From: Thermoleophilia bacterium
Lineage (GTDB): Bacteria > Actinomycetota > Thermoleophilia > UBA2241
DNA length: 53,334 bases
NCBI GenBank assembly: GCA_036277455.1
Contig: DASUMX010000253.1
Span: 1 to 53,334 of the forward strand
Direction: 5' to 3'
Position numbers and translations under genes: made by a program. The notes beneath the pieces are model-generated. The model was not told the origin of the DNA. It saw only the letters and a program-made list of their open reading frames with translations, and did no database searches. Positions 8,243 through 17,384 of this stretch are shown one piece after another (the first letter of the stretch is position 1; every line of letters starts with the position of its first letter).

Positions 8243-9064
8243 CTACTCGTGGGTCGTCACGTTGAGCAGGGTCGCCCGTGCAGAGATCGGCGTCGTGGCC
8301 AGAGCTCCGAAGTCGCTGCCCTCGTACCCGAACAGCCTGCCGTTGGAGCGCTTGGCTCTCCAGTCCACCAGGACCACGCCGAGCGTCGGGATGACCTTCT
8401 CGCGCCACACGAAGAGGTAGAGTTCCTCGCCGACCTTGCGGTAGTGACAGCGGTCGGTGTCGGCGAGTCCCCGCTCCGCCCCGCGCAGGCACTGCCACGT
8501 GTAGAGGTCCCGGCTCAGGTAGATGTGCTCGTACGCCTCGGTCTGGCTGTAGACGTACTGCACGCGCTTGCCCACGAGGTCGTCCGTGGGCACGTGCGGG
8601 TGCGCCCCGGGCACGAACGGACCGTCGATGACGGCCGGCACGATGCCGGCGGCGACGAGCGTGAGCTCCGTCCCTCCCGTCGCCAGCGCGAACGCCCCGC
8701 GCGCGGCCTGGTCCGCCGTCGGCAGGGTGCCGACGACGGTGGTCGCCGCGCTCCGCGCCAAGTCGAGCACGATGGTCACGGCCGTGGCTCGCCGGGTGCT
8801 GGCCACGTAGTCGACGACGGCCACCTCCTCGCGAGGCCGCGTGATGTGGCAGGTCTCCTCGCCCGTCTCACCCGCGCCCGGCCCGGCGGTGACCTCCCAG
8901 GAGAGCCGACCGCCCCGCGCGAACGACAGCGCCGTGACCGTCGCGTCCTCGGCGTGAAGGCTCAGTGACCTGCCGGCGAGGGCGTCGTCGGCCGGCAGGG
9001 TGCCCTCGCTGATGTCCTTGACGAGCTCACCGACCTGAATGAAGCGAAGGGCCTCGTCCGCCAT
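8243..9064 (-). CDS. MoaF-like protein (MoaF N- and C-terminal domain pattern), function unknown
   Basis: 273 aa. The N-terminus FIQVGELV...LPADDALAGRSLSLH and the C-terminal YTWQCLRGAERGLADTDRCHYRKVGEELYLFVWREKVIPTLGVVLVDW resemble the MoaF family as I remember it. No search was run. Confidence 0.5.
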   Translation of the reverse strand: MADEALRFIQVGELVKDISEGTLPADDALAGRSLSLHAEDATVTALSFARGGRLSWEVTAGPGAGETGEETCHITRPREEVAVVDYVASTRRATAVTIVLDLARSAATTVVGTLPTADQAARGAFALATGGTELTLVAAGIVPAVIDGPFVPGAHPHVPTDDLVGKRVQYVYSQTEAYEHIYLSRDLYTWQCLRGAERGLADTDRCHYRKVGEELYLFVWREKVIPTLGVVLVDWRAKRSNGRLFGYEGSDFGALATTPISARATLLNVTTHE

Positions 9065-9110
9065 GAGCGCCTCCCTTGTCAGATCACGCTCTCTCTGCGA
9101 CGCGCCGAGG

Positions 9111-10496
9111 TCAGTACCCCTTGAGGATGTCGATCATTATCTCCGTGGCCCTGACCGCGTAGTCGCGCGGCACGGTGAGCGGCGGCATGAAGCGGAACAC
9201 GTTCGCGTGCCGCCCGCATGGCGTCATGAGGATGCCGCTGTTGAGCAGCTTGAAGGCGATCTCGGCGACCTTCTCGCCGGCCAGCGGCTCCTTGGTGTCG
9301 CGGTCCTCGACCACTTCGATGCCGACCATCAGGCCGTTGCCGCGCACGTCGCCGATGACGGGCACGTTCGGCATGGCGTCGACGAACATCCCCTTGATCT
9401 CCTCGCCCAGGACGGCGGCGCGACCGATCAGGTCGGTGGCGGGATCGGTGAGGATGTCGATGTTGGTCATCGCGACCTCGCACCCCATCGCGTTGCCGGC
9501 GAAGGTGCTCGGCTGCGAGCCCTCACGCAGCGCCCCTTCCATCTCGGAGCGATAGGTGACTCCGGCCATGGGCATGTCGCCGCCCATGCCCTTGCCCCAC
9601 GTGAGCATGTCGGGGACGACCTTGGAGTGCTGGACGGCCCACATCCTGCCGGTGCGGCCGGCGCCCGACTGCACTTCGTCGGCGATGTACAGGCACCCGT
9701 TCTTCTCGCAGGCCGCCTTGATCATCTCCAGGAACTCCGGCGGGGGCGCGATGTAGCCCCCCTCGCCCTGCTGCGACTCGATGACCACGGCGGCGACGTC
9801 GTCGGCGCCCGTGTACGGGCCGTTGAGGATGTCGTCCACGTACTTGCCGCACTGGACGTCGCAGCCCGGGTACTCCAGGCCGAACGGGCAGCGGTAGCAG
9901 TACGCGTACGGCAGGTGCTGGACGCCGGCGATCAGCGGGCCCCAGCCGTGGCGGTAGTTGTAGGACGTGGTCATGGCCGCGGTGCCGCACCAGACGCCGT
10001 GGTAGGCGCCGTGGAAGGCGATGAGCTGAGAGCGGCCGGTGTAGGCGCGGGCGAACTTGATCGCCGTCTCGACGGCGTCGCTGCCTGCCTGATAGACGGC
10101 CGTGTGGCACTCGCCGGCAAGACCGTCGGGCATGATGCCCGAGACCTTCCTGGCAAGCTCGATGCGCTTGGGGTTGGTGATGTCCGTGGTGTGCATGATG
10201 ACGTCGCACTGGCGCCGGATGGCCGCGAGGACCTTGGGGTGGTTGCGTCCCACGGCGTTGACCGCCACGCCCGCGGCCATGTCGATGTACATGTTGCCGT
10301 CGGCGTCCTTGACGGTCACGCCCTTGCCCTGCTCGAGGATGACAGGGAAGCCGCCGCCGCCGCGAGTGAACGATTCGTACCTGGCCGACTCCTCCATCAG
10401 TGCGAGCACCTTGGGACCCGGCGCCTCGGTCACCATGCTCGGCGCATCCGGCCAGGACAGCTCCATCAGGTGTGCTTCGAGTGCTTCAGCGTTCAT
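9111..10496 (-). CDS. Class-III PLP-dependent aminotransferase (omega/beta-amino-acid or aminoacyl-CoA transaminase type)
   Basis: Motifs FHGAYHG, DEVQSGAGRTGRMWA and TWGKGMGGDMPMAG (PLP-lysine region). I prefer the ATG at 10496 (GAGG 8 nt upstream) over the track's GTG at 10514. Confidence 0.85.
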   Translation of the reverse strand: MNAEALEAHLMELSWPDAPSMVTEAPGPKVLALMEESARYESFTRGGGGFPVILEQGKGVTVKDADGNMYIDMAAGVAVNAVGRNHPKVLAAIRRQCDVIMHTTDITNPKRIELARKVSGIMPDGLAGECHTAVYQAGSDAVETAIKFARAYTGRSQLIAFHGAYHGVWCGTAAMTTSYNYRHGWGPLIAGVQHLPYAYCYRCPFGLEYPGCDVQCGKYVDDILNGPYTGADDVAAVVIESQQGEGGYIAPPPEFLEMIKAACEKNGCLYIADEVQSGAGRTGRMWAVQHSKVVPDMLTWGKGMGGDMPMAGVTYRSEMEGALREGSQPSTFAGNAMGCEVAMTNIDILTDPATDLIGRAAVLGEEIKGMFVDAMPNVPVIGDVRGNGLMVGIEVVEDRDTKEPLAGEKVAEIAFKLLNSGILMTPCGRHANVFRFMPPLTVPRDYAVRATEIMIDILKGY

Positions 10497-10558
10497 GGGC
10501 GTCACCTCGTTCACATCGAGTCTGCGACCGATCCGCTCGTCGCGGCAGAGTCGCTACA

Positions 10559-10574
10559 TGATACTGCAATACCA
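10559..10574. promoter_or_regulatory. Degenerate copy of the TGATAT-N4-ATATCA motif upstream of the aminotransferase/MoaF-like pair
   Basis: TGATAC-TGCA-ATACCA, one mismatch per half-site, 63-78 nt upstream of the ATG at 10496, inside a relatively AT-rich gap of about 200 bp. Confidence 0.4.
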
Positions 10575-10713
10575 CATGACGACAAGGAGACTACGCGTAC
10601 TGCGGCATGCGTGGCCGCGGTAGTTCGGAGAACGACGCAGCCGCGCAAACGGCGCTGGTGCAGGAGGTCGATGGTCGCGATGATCTGCCCGGTCTGACTG
10701 CGCACTCCGGATG

Positions 10714-11610
10714 TCAGATCGCGGCCAGGGCCTCTGCAACGAGGACGGGTGTCTCGTCTGGACGGCGGGCGACCGGGATGCCCGCCGCCTCGAGTGCAGC
10801 GGCCTTGGCGGCCGCCGTGCCCGACGACCCCGAGATGATCGCGCCGGCATGACCCATGCGCTTGCCGGGCGGAGCCGTGAAACCGGCGATGTAGGCGACC
10901 AGCGGCTTGGTGAGGTGCTCGGCTGCGAAGCCGGCGGCGCGTTCTTCGTCGTCGCCGCCGATCTCGCCCACCAGCACCACGGCCTCGGTCTGCGTGTCCG
11001 CCTCGAAGAGTTCGAGGCACTCCCGGAAGCCAAGCCCATGGATGGGGTCCCCGCCCATGCCCACGCAGGTCGACTGCCCCAGACCTGCGCGCGTGAGGCC
11101 CATGGCGATCTCGTACGTCAGGGTCCCGCTGCGGGAGACGATACCTACGCGGCCGGGCCTGAACAGCGACGCCGCCATGATCCCGGCATTGCACCCGTCC
11201 GGCGTGACGATGCCCGGGCAGTTGGGACCGATGAGGACGAAGGGCCGCTCGGCGACTCTGCCATCGTCCAGCTTGAGCTCCGCGACGGCCTCGCTCATGT
11301 CGCGGACGGGGATGCCCTCCGTGATGAGCACGGCGACACGGACGCCGCCCTCGGCGGCCTGGACGACGGCCGCCTTCGCGAAGCGGGCCGGTACGAAGAT
11401 GACGCTCACGTCCGCACCGGTGGCCTGGACGGCCTCGCCCACGGTGTCGAAGACCGGCAGTCCGCAGGCGGACTGGCCGCCCTTGCCCGGGGTGACGCCG
11501 GCGACCACAGAAGTGCCGGCGGCGAGCATACGCTCGGTGTGGAAGGTGCCTTCTCGGCCAGTCATGCCTTGCACAAGGACCCGGCTGGACTTGTCGACGA
11601 GGATGCTCAT
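10714..11610 (-). CDS. sucD: Succinyl-CoA synthetase alpha-subunit-like (ADP-forming acyl-CoA ligase alpha)
   Basis: Internal ATG at 11610 of ORF 10714..12231 gives [24 protein letters not shown]... It has the catalytic-His loop GHAGAIISG. The start overlaps the sucC stop (ATGA, 11607-11610). Confidence 0.85.
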   Translation of the reverse strand: MSILVDKSSRVLVQGMTGREGTFHTERMLAAGTSVVAGVTPGKGGQSACGLPVFDTVGEAVQATGADVSVIFVPARFAKAAVVQAAEGGVRVAVLITEGIPVRDMSEAVAELKLDDGRVAERPFVLIGPNCPGIVTPDGCNAGIMAASLFRPGRVGIVSRSGTLTYEIAMGLTRAGLGQSTCVGMGGDPIHGLGFRECLELFEADTQTEAVVLVGEIGGDDEERAAGFAAEHLTKPLVAYIAGFTAPPGKRMGHAGAIISGSSGTAAAKAAALEAAGIPVARRPDETPVLVAEALAAI

Positions 11611-12761
11611 GCCCGGCTCCCGGTCTTCGCCGCTGCGACGACGGACTCGACGGCCTCCTGGGCGCTCAGCGTGACGCTCAGGCCGTCGATCCCCGCCGCG
11701 GCGATCAGCTGCAGTCCCTCCGCGGCGTTGTTGCCGTCGAGGCGCACGACGAGCGGGAGATCGACGCCGGTCGTCTCGAGCCAGGCGAGCACGCCGCGGG
11801 CGACCTCGTCCCCGCGCGTGATACCGCCGAAGATGTTGACGAGCAGCGCCCGGACGCGGTCGTCGGACGTGATGATGTCGAGAGCGGCGGCGATGCGCTC
11901 TGCGCGCGCGCCGCCGCCGACATCGCAGAAGTCCGCCGCGGCGCCACCGGCGGCGCCGATCATGTCGAGCGTGCTCATGACGAGACCGGCGCCGTTGCCC
12001 AGCACGCCCACGTCGCCGTCGAGCGTGAGATAGGTGACGCCGGCCTCCCGAGCGGCGCGCTCCCGGGCGTCCTCGTCCGGCCGCTGCGCGGCGAGGTCGG
12101 GCTGACGGTACAGCGCGTTGTCGTCGATGGTCACCTTGGCGTCGAGAGCGACGAGTCGGGCGGGATCGCGAACGACCGCCAGCGGGTTGACCTCGACCAG
12201 CGATGCGTCGCGCTCGCGGTAGAGCGTCCACAGACGGTCCACGAGGTCGCCGAGCTGCTCGTCCAACTGCGTATCGCCGAGCGCCGCGGCGGCGACGACC
12301 GCGTCGCGCGGCCCGCCGCAGTCCGGCGACACAGCATCGAGCGGCAGCCGCAGCAACGCGGCGGGATCCTGCTTCGCCACCAGCTCGATGTCGACGCCGC
12401 CGCGCGCCGAGAAGATGAGCAGCGGCGCCTTGGCGTGGCGGTCAAGGGTGACGGCCAGATACAGCTCGCGCATCACCGAAGCGCCCTGCTCCAGCAGCAC
12501 GCTGTGGACCGGCTTGTCCTTGATGATCAGCCGGAGGATCGCCGAGACGGCCTCGCCGAGCTCCTGCGGCCGCGTGACCACGCGCACGCCGCCGGCCTTG
12601 CCCCGGCCGCCCGTGAGCACCTGAGCCTTCACGGCGAGCGGGTAGCCGAGCTCTGCCGCCGCGCGCTCGGCTTCCTCCTCGGTGAAGACGACCCGCGACG
12701 GAAGCACGGGGATGCCCGCGGCCGCGAAGAGCTCCTTACCCTGGTGTTCGAACAGGTCCAC
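11607..12761 (-). CDS. sucC: Succinyl-CoA synthetase beta-subunit-like (ATP-grasp)
   Basis: 384 aa, GTG start preceded by GAGG. N-terminus [19 protein letters not shown], and GGRGKAGGV typical of SucC. Confidence 0.85.
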   Translation of the reverse strand: MDLFEHQGKELFAAAGIPVLPSRVVFTEEEAERAAAELGYPLAVKAQVLTGGRGKAGGVRVVTRPQELGEAVSAILRLIIKDKPVHSVLLEQGASVMRELYLAVTLDRHAKAPLLIFSARGGVDIELVAKQDPAALLRLPLDAVSPDCGGPRDAVVAAAALGDTQLDEQLGDLVDRLWTLYRERDASLVEVNPLAVVRDPARLVALDAKVTIDDNALYRQPDLAAQRPDEDARERAAREAGVTYLTLDGDVGVLGNGAGLVMSTLDMIGAAGGAAADFCDVGGGARAERIAAALDIITSDDRVRALLVNIFGGITRGDEVARGVLAWLETTGVDLPLVVRLDGNNAAEGLQLIAAAGIDGLSVTLSAQEAVESVVAAAKTGSRA

Positions 12762-12793
12762 TGGTCTACCTCATCGCCTGGCGGCCTCGGCCC

Positions 12794-13576
12794 TTACTGC
12801 CCGGTGCCGAAGCGGAAGGTCTGATCCGGGTCGATCACGGCCAGCACCCGCACCATGCAGCCGTCGCCGCCCGGCCAGCGCCACGGCAGCGCGAGAAACG
12901 TGCAGCGCTTGCCGGTGACCTCGTCCAGGTCGCCGCCGACGTTCTCGATGCCCGGGATGCCGCCCTCGCACATGAGGATCTTGTGCGCCGGCTCCCAGCT
13001 GGGGAAGTCCGCCTTGGCGTCGCGGCCGGTGAACTCCTTGTACTCGTCGATGAGGTGTGGCTGTGTCGGGCCGAGACCGTGGTCGACGAGCTTGGTGGCG
13101 ATGGGGTGATCGTTGGCCTGGTGGCCGTAGCCCACCAGCTTGACCTTTCTGTCGACCAGCCACCGGGCGCCCTCGGCGCCCATGCCGCAGCCGTAGGCGA
13201 AGTACTCGTCGGTGTCTCCCCACAGACGGTGGAAGCCCGTGTTGATCATGACGATGTCGCCCTCTTCGATCTTCGGCGTCGCGTTCTCCAGGTCCTCGGG
13301 CGTGATGACGCCCCACTTGCCCTTGGGGATGTCGACGCAGACGCCCGTACCGACGAGCCGCCAGAGCGGATAGTCGGCGATGCTCGGCGTGTTCTCGGTG
13401 ACGTGGAGCGGGGCGTCCATGTGGGTGCAGCGGTGCATGATGCCCTCCCACTCCACCTCGTAGACGCCGTCCTTGGCATGGAACTTGCTCACCTTGACGT
13501 TGACGCTCGGCGTGGACGGCCACTCCGGGATGAACTGGGTGAACGTGTGGCTCAGGTTGTAGACCTTCAGACTCAT
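12794..13576 (-). CDS. Cyclase-family metal hydrolase, paralog 1 (kynurenine formamidase/isatin hydrolase fold; candidate dihydrophloroglucinol cyclohydrolase)
   Basis: 260 aa. The family motif is present as HRCTHMDAPLH (Cys replaces the usual Gly). It shares the C-terminal block TGRDAKADFPSWEPAHK...GGDLDEVTGKR with the next gene. Confidence 0.75.
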   Translation of the reverse strand: MSLKVYNLSHTFTQFIPEWPSTPSVNVKVSKFHAKDGVYEVEWEGIMHRCTHMDAPLHVTENTPSIADYPLWRLVGTGVCVDIPKGKWGVITPEDLENATPKIEEGDIVMINTGFHRLWGDTDEYFAYGCGMGAEGARWLVDRKVKLVGYGHQANDHPIATKLVDHGLGPTQPHLIDEYKEFTGRDAKADFPSWEPAHKILMCEGGIPGIENVGGDLDEVTGKRCTFLALPWRWPGGDGCMVRVLAVIDPDQTFRFGTGQ

Positions 13577-13604
13577 GTCCGGTTCCCTTCTCGTCCGCGG
13601 ATCG

Positions 13605-14411
13605 TCAGTCGCCGGCGTCGATACGCAGGTCGCCGGACGGGTCGAGCATGGCGATCATCCGCACCGGGCAAGCGTCTCCGTGCTCGAACTTCCAGGGAGT
13701 CGCCGCGACGGTGGCGCGCTTGCCCTTGACGAGGTCGACGTCGCCGCCCACCTGCTCGACCGTCGGGATGCCGGCGGCGGCCAGGGTCTTGTGGGCGGGG
13801 AACCAGTCCGGAAAGTCCTCTTTGGCGTCCCGGCCGGTCGCCGCCGAGTACTCGACGGCGAGGCGCTTCATCTGCGGCCCGCCGCGGTGCGGCCCCATGG
13901 AGGTGGCGAGCGGCATATCGATGAACGGCGTGTCCACGGCCACGAGCTTCGGGTCCTTCTTGATGAGCCATTCGGCCGCGTCCCGGGTGAGGCCGGGAGC
14001 CTCGCCGAAGTACTCGAGACCGTCCGAGTAGTTGTGATGCCAGCCGGTGACGATGACGACGATGTCGCCGTCCTGCACCGCCGGCGTGGCCGCCTCGAGG
14101 TCGGCGGCCGTGACGGCCTCCCAGCTCTTCCTGGGGATATCGAGCACGGCGGCATTGCCGAACAGGCGGTCCGGGGAGACGGCCGCCAGGTCGTCGCCGC
14201 GCTGGACCATGTGGATGGGCGCGTTCATGTGCGTGCCCGTGTGCAGGCTGGTGGTGACGCGCCAGGCGAGCACGCCGTGCTGGGCGTGCTTGACGGCGCG
14301 CACCATGCGCACGTCCAGCTGTCCCGGCTCGGACGGGACGCCGTGGCCCCACACGTGGCTCAGCTCGATGAGCTGCAATCCCGAGTAGGGATCGGTGACC
14401 ACATCTGTCAT
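13605..14411 (-). CDS. Cyclase-family metal hydrolase, paralog 2
   Basis: The ATG at 14411 (inside ORF 13605..14873) is preceded by AAGGAGAGAGAG and gives MTDVVTDPYSGLQLIELSH... The motif is HTGTHMNAPIH (Asn replaces the usual Asp). It is paralogous to 12794-13576. Confidence 0.75.
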   Translation of the reverse strand: MTDVVTDPYSGLQLIELSHVWGHGVPSEPGQLDVRMVRAVKHAQHGVLAWRVTTSLHTGTHMNAPIHMVQRGDDLAAVSPDRLFGNAAVLDIPRKSWEAVTAADLEAATPAVQDGDIVVIVTGWHHNYSDGLEYFGEAPGLTRDAAEWLIKKDPKLVAVDTPFIDMPLATSMGPHRGGPQMKRLAVEYSAATGRDAKEDFPDWFPAHKTLAAAGIPTVEQVGGDVDLVKGKRATVAATPWKFEHGDACPVRMIAMLDPSGDLRIDAGD

Positions 14412-14452
14412 CTCTCTCTCCTTCATGGTGGTCAGCCCGGCGGACCTGCCGG

Positions 14453-15646
14453 CTACCCGACGGCCTCGACGATCGTGGCCATGCCCTGGCCGCCCGCGAT
14501 GCAGATGCCGGCGAGCCCGTACCGCGTGCCACGCCGGCGCATCTCGTAAAGCAGCGTCGTCAGGATACGGGCGCCCGAGCAGCCCAACGGGTGGCCGAGC
14601 GCGATGGCGCCGCCGTTGACATTGACGATCTCCTGGCCGAGCTCCAGCTCCTTGACCACGGCGAGGCTCTGCGCCGCGAAGGCCTCGTTGACCTCGATCA
14701 GGCCGACGTCCGACAGCGCGATCCCGGCGCGCTGGAGGGCCTTGCGCGCAGCGGGCGCCGGGCCGATGCCCATGATGCGCGGGTCCACAGCCGCGGTGGC
14801 CTGCGCACGGATGGTCGCCATGGGCCTGATGCGGCGGGCCTTGGCCGTCTCCGCATCCATGAGCACGAGACACGCGCCACCGTCGTTGCGTCCCGAGGAG
14901 TTGCCCGCGGTGACGCTGCCGCCCTGCTTGAAGACAGGCTTGAGCTTCGCCAGCTGCTCGAGGCTCGTCTTGCGTGGGTGCTCGTCGGTGTCGAACACGA
15001 CGGACTCGCCCTTGCGCTGCGGTACCACGACAGGGACGATCTCATCCTTGAAGCGGCCGCTCGCGATGGCGTCGGCAGCGCGCTCCTGACTCTGCAGCGC
15101 GAACGCGTCCTGCTCCTCGCGCGAGATGTCGTACTTCTCGGCGAGGTTCTCCGCCGTGAGGCCCATGGTGAGGTCGCCGTAGACCTCGTAGGGCTGGGAG
15201 CGCGGCTGGCTCTCCGTGTTGGAGTCGACCACGACGGTGTTGCCGGAGGTGAAGCCGAAGCGGGCGCCGCGCAAGTAGTACGGCGCCAGGCTCATGCTCT
15301 CGACGCCGCCGGCAACGACGATGTCGGCTTCTTCGGCGCGGATGACCTGGACTGCGTTGTGGATGGCCTGCAGCCCGGAGCCGCACTGGCGCATGACCGT
15401 GTAGGCCGGCACCTCCACCGGGAAGCCGGCCTTGAGCGCCGCCACCCGCGCGAGGTTGGCGGCGTCGGCGCTCTGCTTGGTCTGGCCGATGATGACCTCG
15501 TCGACCGACGGCGGCTCCACCCCGGCACGCTCGACGGCGGCGAGGATCACGATCTTCGCGAGCTCCTCGGGCTGGACGCTCTTGATGGCGCCTCCGACGC
15601 GCCCGAGGGCGGTGCGGGCGGCAGAGACGATGACGACGTCACGCAT
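14453..15646 (-). CDS. Acetyl-CoA C-acetyltransferase (thiolase II)
   Basis: 397 aa. MRDVVIVSAARTALG, active-site regions RQCGSGLQA, NEAFAAQ and GHPLGCSGARI, and C-terminal CIAGGQGMA. Confidence 0.9.
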   Translation of the reverse strand: MRDVVIVSAARTALGRVGGAIKSVQPEELAKIVILAAVERAGVEPPSVDEVIIGQTKQSADAANLARVAALKAGFPVEVPAYTVMRQCGSGLQAIHNAVQVIRAEEADIVVAGGVESMSLAPYYLRGARFGFTSGNTVVVDSNTESQPRSQPYEVYGDLTMGLTAENLAEKYDISREEQDAFALQSQERAADAIASGRFKDEIVPVVVPQRKGESVVFDTDEHPRKTSLEQLAKLKPVFKQGGSVTAGNSSGRNDGGACLVLMDAETAKARRIRPMATIRAQATAAVDPRIMGIGPAPAARKALQRAGIALSDVGLIEVNEAFAAQSLAVVKELELGQEIVNVNGGAIALGHPLGCSGARILTTLLYEMRRRGTRYGLAGICIAGGQGMATIVEAVG

Positions 15647-15661
15647 GGGCGACCACCATCC

Positions 15662-16438
15662 TCAGACGAAGGACATCGTGCCGCCGTCCACGTACAGGAC
15701 GGTGCCGGTGATGAAGTCGGAGGCCGCGGAGGCGAGGAAGACCGAGGGGCCCACGAGGTCGTCAACGTGGGCCATTCGCCCCATGGGCACGTTGAGCAGC
15801 ATGCGCTCGTAGCGCGCCGCCTCGTTGCTGATGCGCTCGGCCGTCATCGGCGTCACCGTGATGATGGGGCCGAGCGCGTTGACGAAGACCTTGTGCTGCG
15901 CAAGCTCGCAGGCGAGCTGCTTGGTGATCATGTCGACGGCGCCCTTGCTCGCGCAGTAGGCGCTGTTGCCGCCGAGCGCGCCGCGCTGGCCGCGCACCGA
16001 CGAGAGGTTGATGATCTTGCCCCCGCCCTGCTTGACCATCTGGGCGCCGAAGTGCTTGCAGGACATCATGACGCCCTTGACGTTGACGCTGAAGAGCTTG
16101 TCCCACTCGTCCATCGGGAACTCGGTGGCCGCGCCCTTGACGTTGTACCCGAGCGCGTTCACGAGCACGTCCACGCGGCCACCCATGTCGGCCACCGTGC
16201 TGTCGACCACACCCTTGACGCTGGCCTCGTCCGTACAGTCGATGACGTAGCTGCGCACCGGCTTGCCGGTCGCTTCCACGAGGGCCGCGGCGACCTGCTC
16301 GAGCGCCTCCGGGTTGACGTCCGCCAGCGCGACGTCCGCGCCGTAGCGGATGAGTCCCGCGGCGATGGCCCGGCCCATGCCGCCCGCGCCGCCCACGACG
16401 ACGGCGGACTTGCCCTCGAGTGAAAAGAGATCCTCCAT
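15662..16438 (-). CDS. Short-chain dehydrogenase/reductase (candidate phloroglucinol reductase)
   Basis: 258 aa. Rossmann motif VVGGAGGMGRAI and catalytic YCASKGAV (YxxxK). Classical SDR. Confidence 0.85.
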   Translation of the reverse strand: MEDLFSLEGKSAVVVGGAGGMGRAIAAGLIRYGADVALADVNPEALEQVAAALVEATGKPVRSYVIDCTDEASVKGVVDSTVADMGGRVDVLVNALGYNVKGAATEFPMDEWDKLFSVNVKGVMMSCKHFGAQMVKQGGGKIINLSSVRGQRGALGGNSAYCASKGAVDMITKQLACELAQHKVFVNALGPIITVTPMTAERISNEAARYERMLLNVPMGRMAHVDDLVGPSVFLASAASDFITGTVLYVDGGTMSFV

Positions 16439-16455
16439 TGCCCGGTCCCCTTCCC

Positions 16456-17313
16456 TCAGTACTTCTTGACGACGCCGAGGATCTCGCGAGCCTCGTCGGG
16501 CGTGGCAGGCTCGAGATTGAGCTCCCTGGCGATGCGGACGGTCCGTTCGACAAGCTGCGCGTTGCCCTCGGCAAGCACGCCCTTCTTGTAGTAGATGTTG
16601 TCCTCAAGCCCGACGCGCGCGCAGCCGCCCATGATCATGCCCATGGTGGTGATGGGAAGCTCGGCGGCGCCGGTGGCCGTCGTGTTGAAATAGGCGTCCT
16701 GCGGCATGAACTGGTACATCGAGTACAGGGTGTCGGGGTTCGCCTCGATCGCGCCCTGATGCATCATGCCGAGCACGAAGTTGATGTAGTACGGCGGCTC
16801 GATCAGGTCCTTCTTGATGAGATTGTGCACGTCCCGGTACATGCTCTGCGAGTAGCACTCCATCTCGGGCTTGATGTGCATCTCTTTCATCTTGGCCGCC
16901 CACGCCTCGATGTCTTTGGTCATGTTCGAGAAGGGCTCTCCGGCGTTCGGACCCGTCTGACGCATCAGCGTTCCCATGTTGAGCGAGGCCATCTCCGGGT
17001 CGGCGTCCAGACACGAGACGCGCTCCTCGATGGAGAGGTTGGTCCCGCCGCCGGTCGAGAACTGGACGATGACTTCCCTGCACTCGGCCTTGACGGCAGC
17101 CTGGATCTCGGCGAACTTCTCCTTCGTGCCGGCGGGCTTGCCCTGCTCGTCACGGGCGTGGATGTGGACGATCGCAGCGCCGGCGTCGTAGCACTCACGG
17201 GAGGCGCGCGCGATCTCGTCCGGCTGCTCCGGCACGTTGGGGTTCATGGCCTTGTTGACGAACGCGCCGTTGAGCGACGCGGTGATGATGACTTTGCCTC
17301 GCGGGAGCTTCAT
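16456..17313 (-). CDS. Beta-keto acid cleavage enzyme (BKACE, DUF849 family; candidate triacetate acetoacetate-lyase)
   Basis: The ATG at 17313 is preceded by GGAGGGA (the track starts at a GTG at 17328). VIITASLNGAF...IVHIHARDEQGKP and the TIM-barrel BKACE pattern are present. Confidence 0.8.
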   Translation of the reverse strand: MKLPRGKVIITASLNGAFVNKAMNPNVPEQPDEIARASRECYDAGAAIVHIHARDEQGKPAGTKEKFAEIQAAVKAECREVIVQFSTGGGTNLSIEERVSCLDADPEMASLNMGTLMRQTGPNAGEPFSNMTKDIEAWAAKMKEMHIKPEMECYSQSMYRDVHNLIKKDLIEPPYYINFVLGMMHQGAIEANPDTLYSMYQFMPQDAYFNTTATGAAELPITTMGMIMGGCARVGLEDNIYYKKGVLAEGNAQLVERTVRIARELNLEPATPDEAREILGVVKKY

Positions 17314-17384
17314 GGTCCATCCCTCCACTTCTTGCCGGGTGAGCCGGCCGGTCTCCGTGACTTCGCACGGCGCGCAGGCCGGTC

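Noticed and set aside
6681-8498. N-terminal extensions of listed ORFs: 6681..8498, 10714..12231, 13605..14873, 18587..19771, 39396..41543, 47029..48054, 47907..49607, 48662..49993, 49693..52164.
   Set aside because: The extensions are Arg-rich, run through upstream genes or intergenic DNA, and precede internal starts that have RBS-like sequences, signal peptides or homologous N-termini. I re-assigned the starts accordingly.
10861-10880. A CCGTGAAACC half-site as a parS.
   Set aside because: Only half of the palindrome is present, and it lies inside the sucD-like coding sequence.
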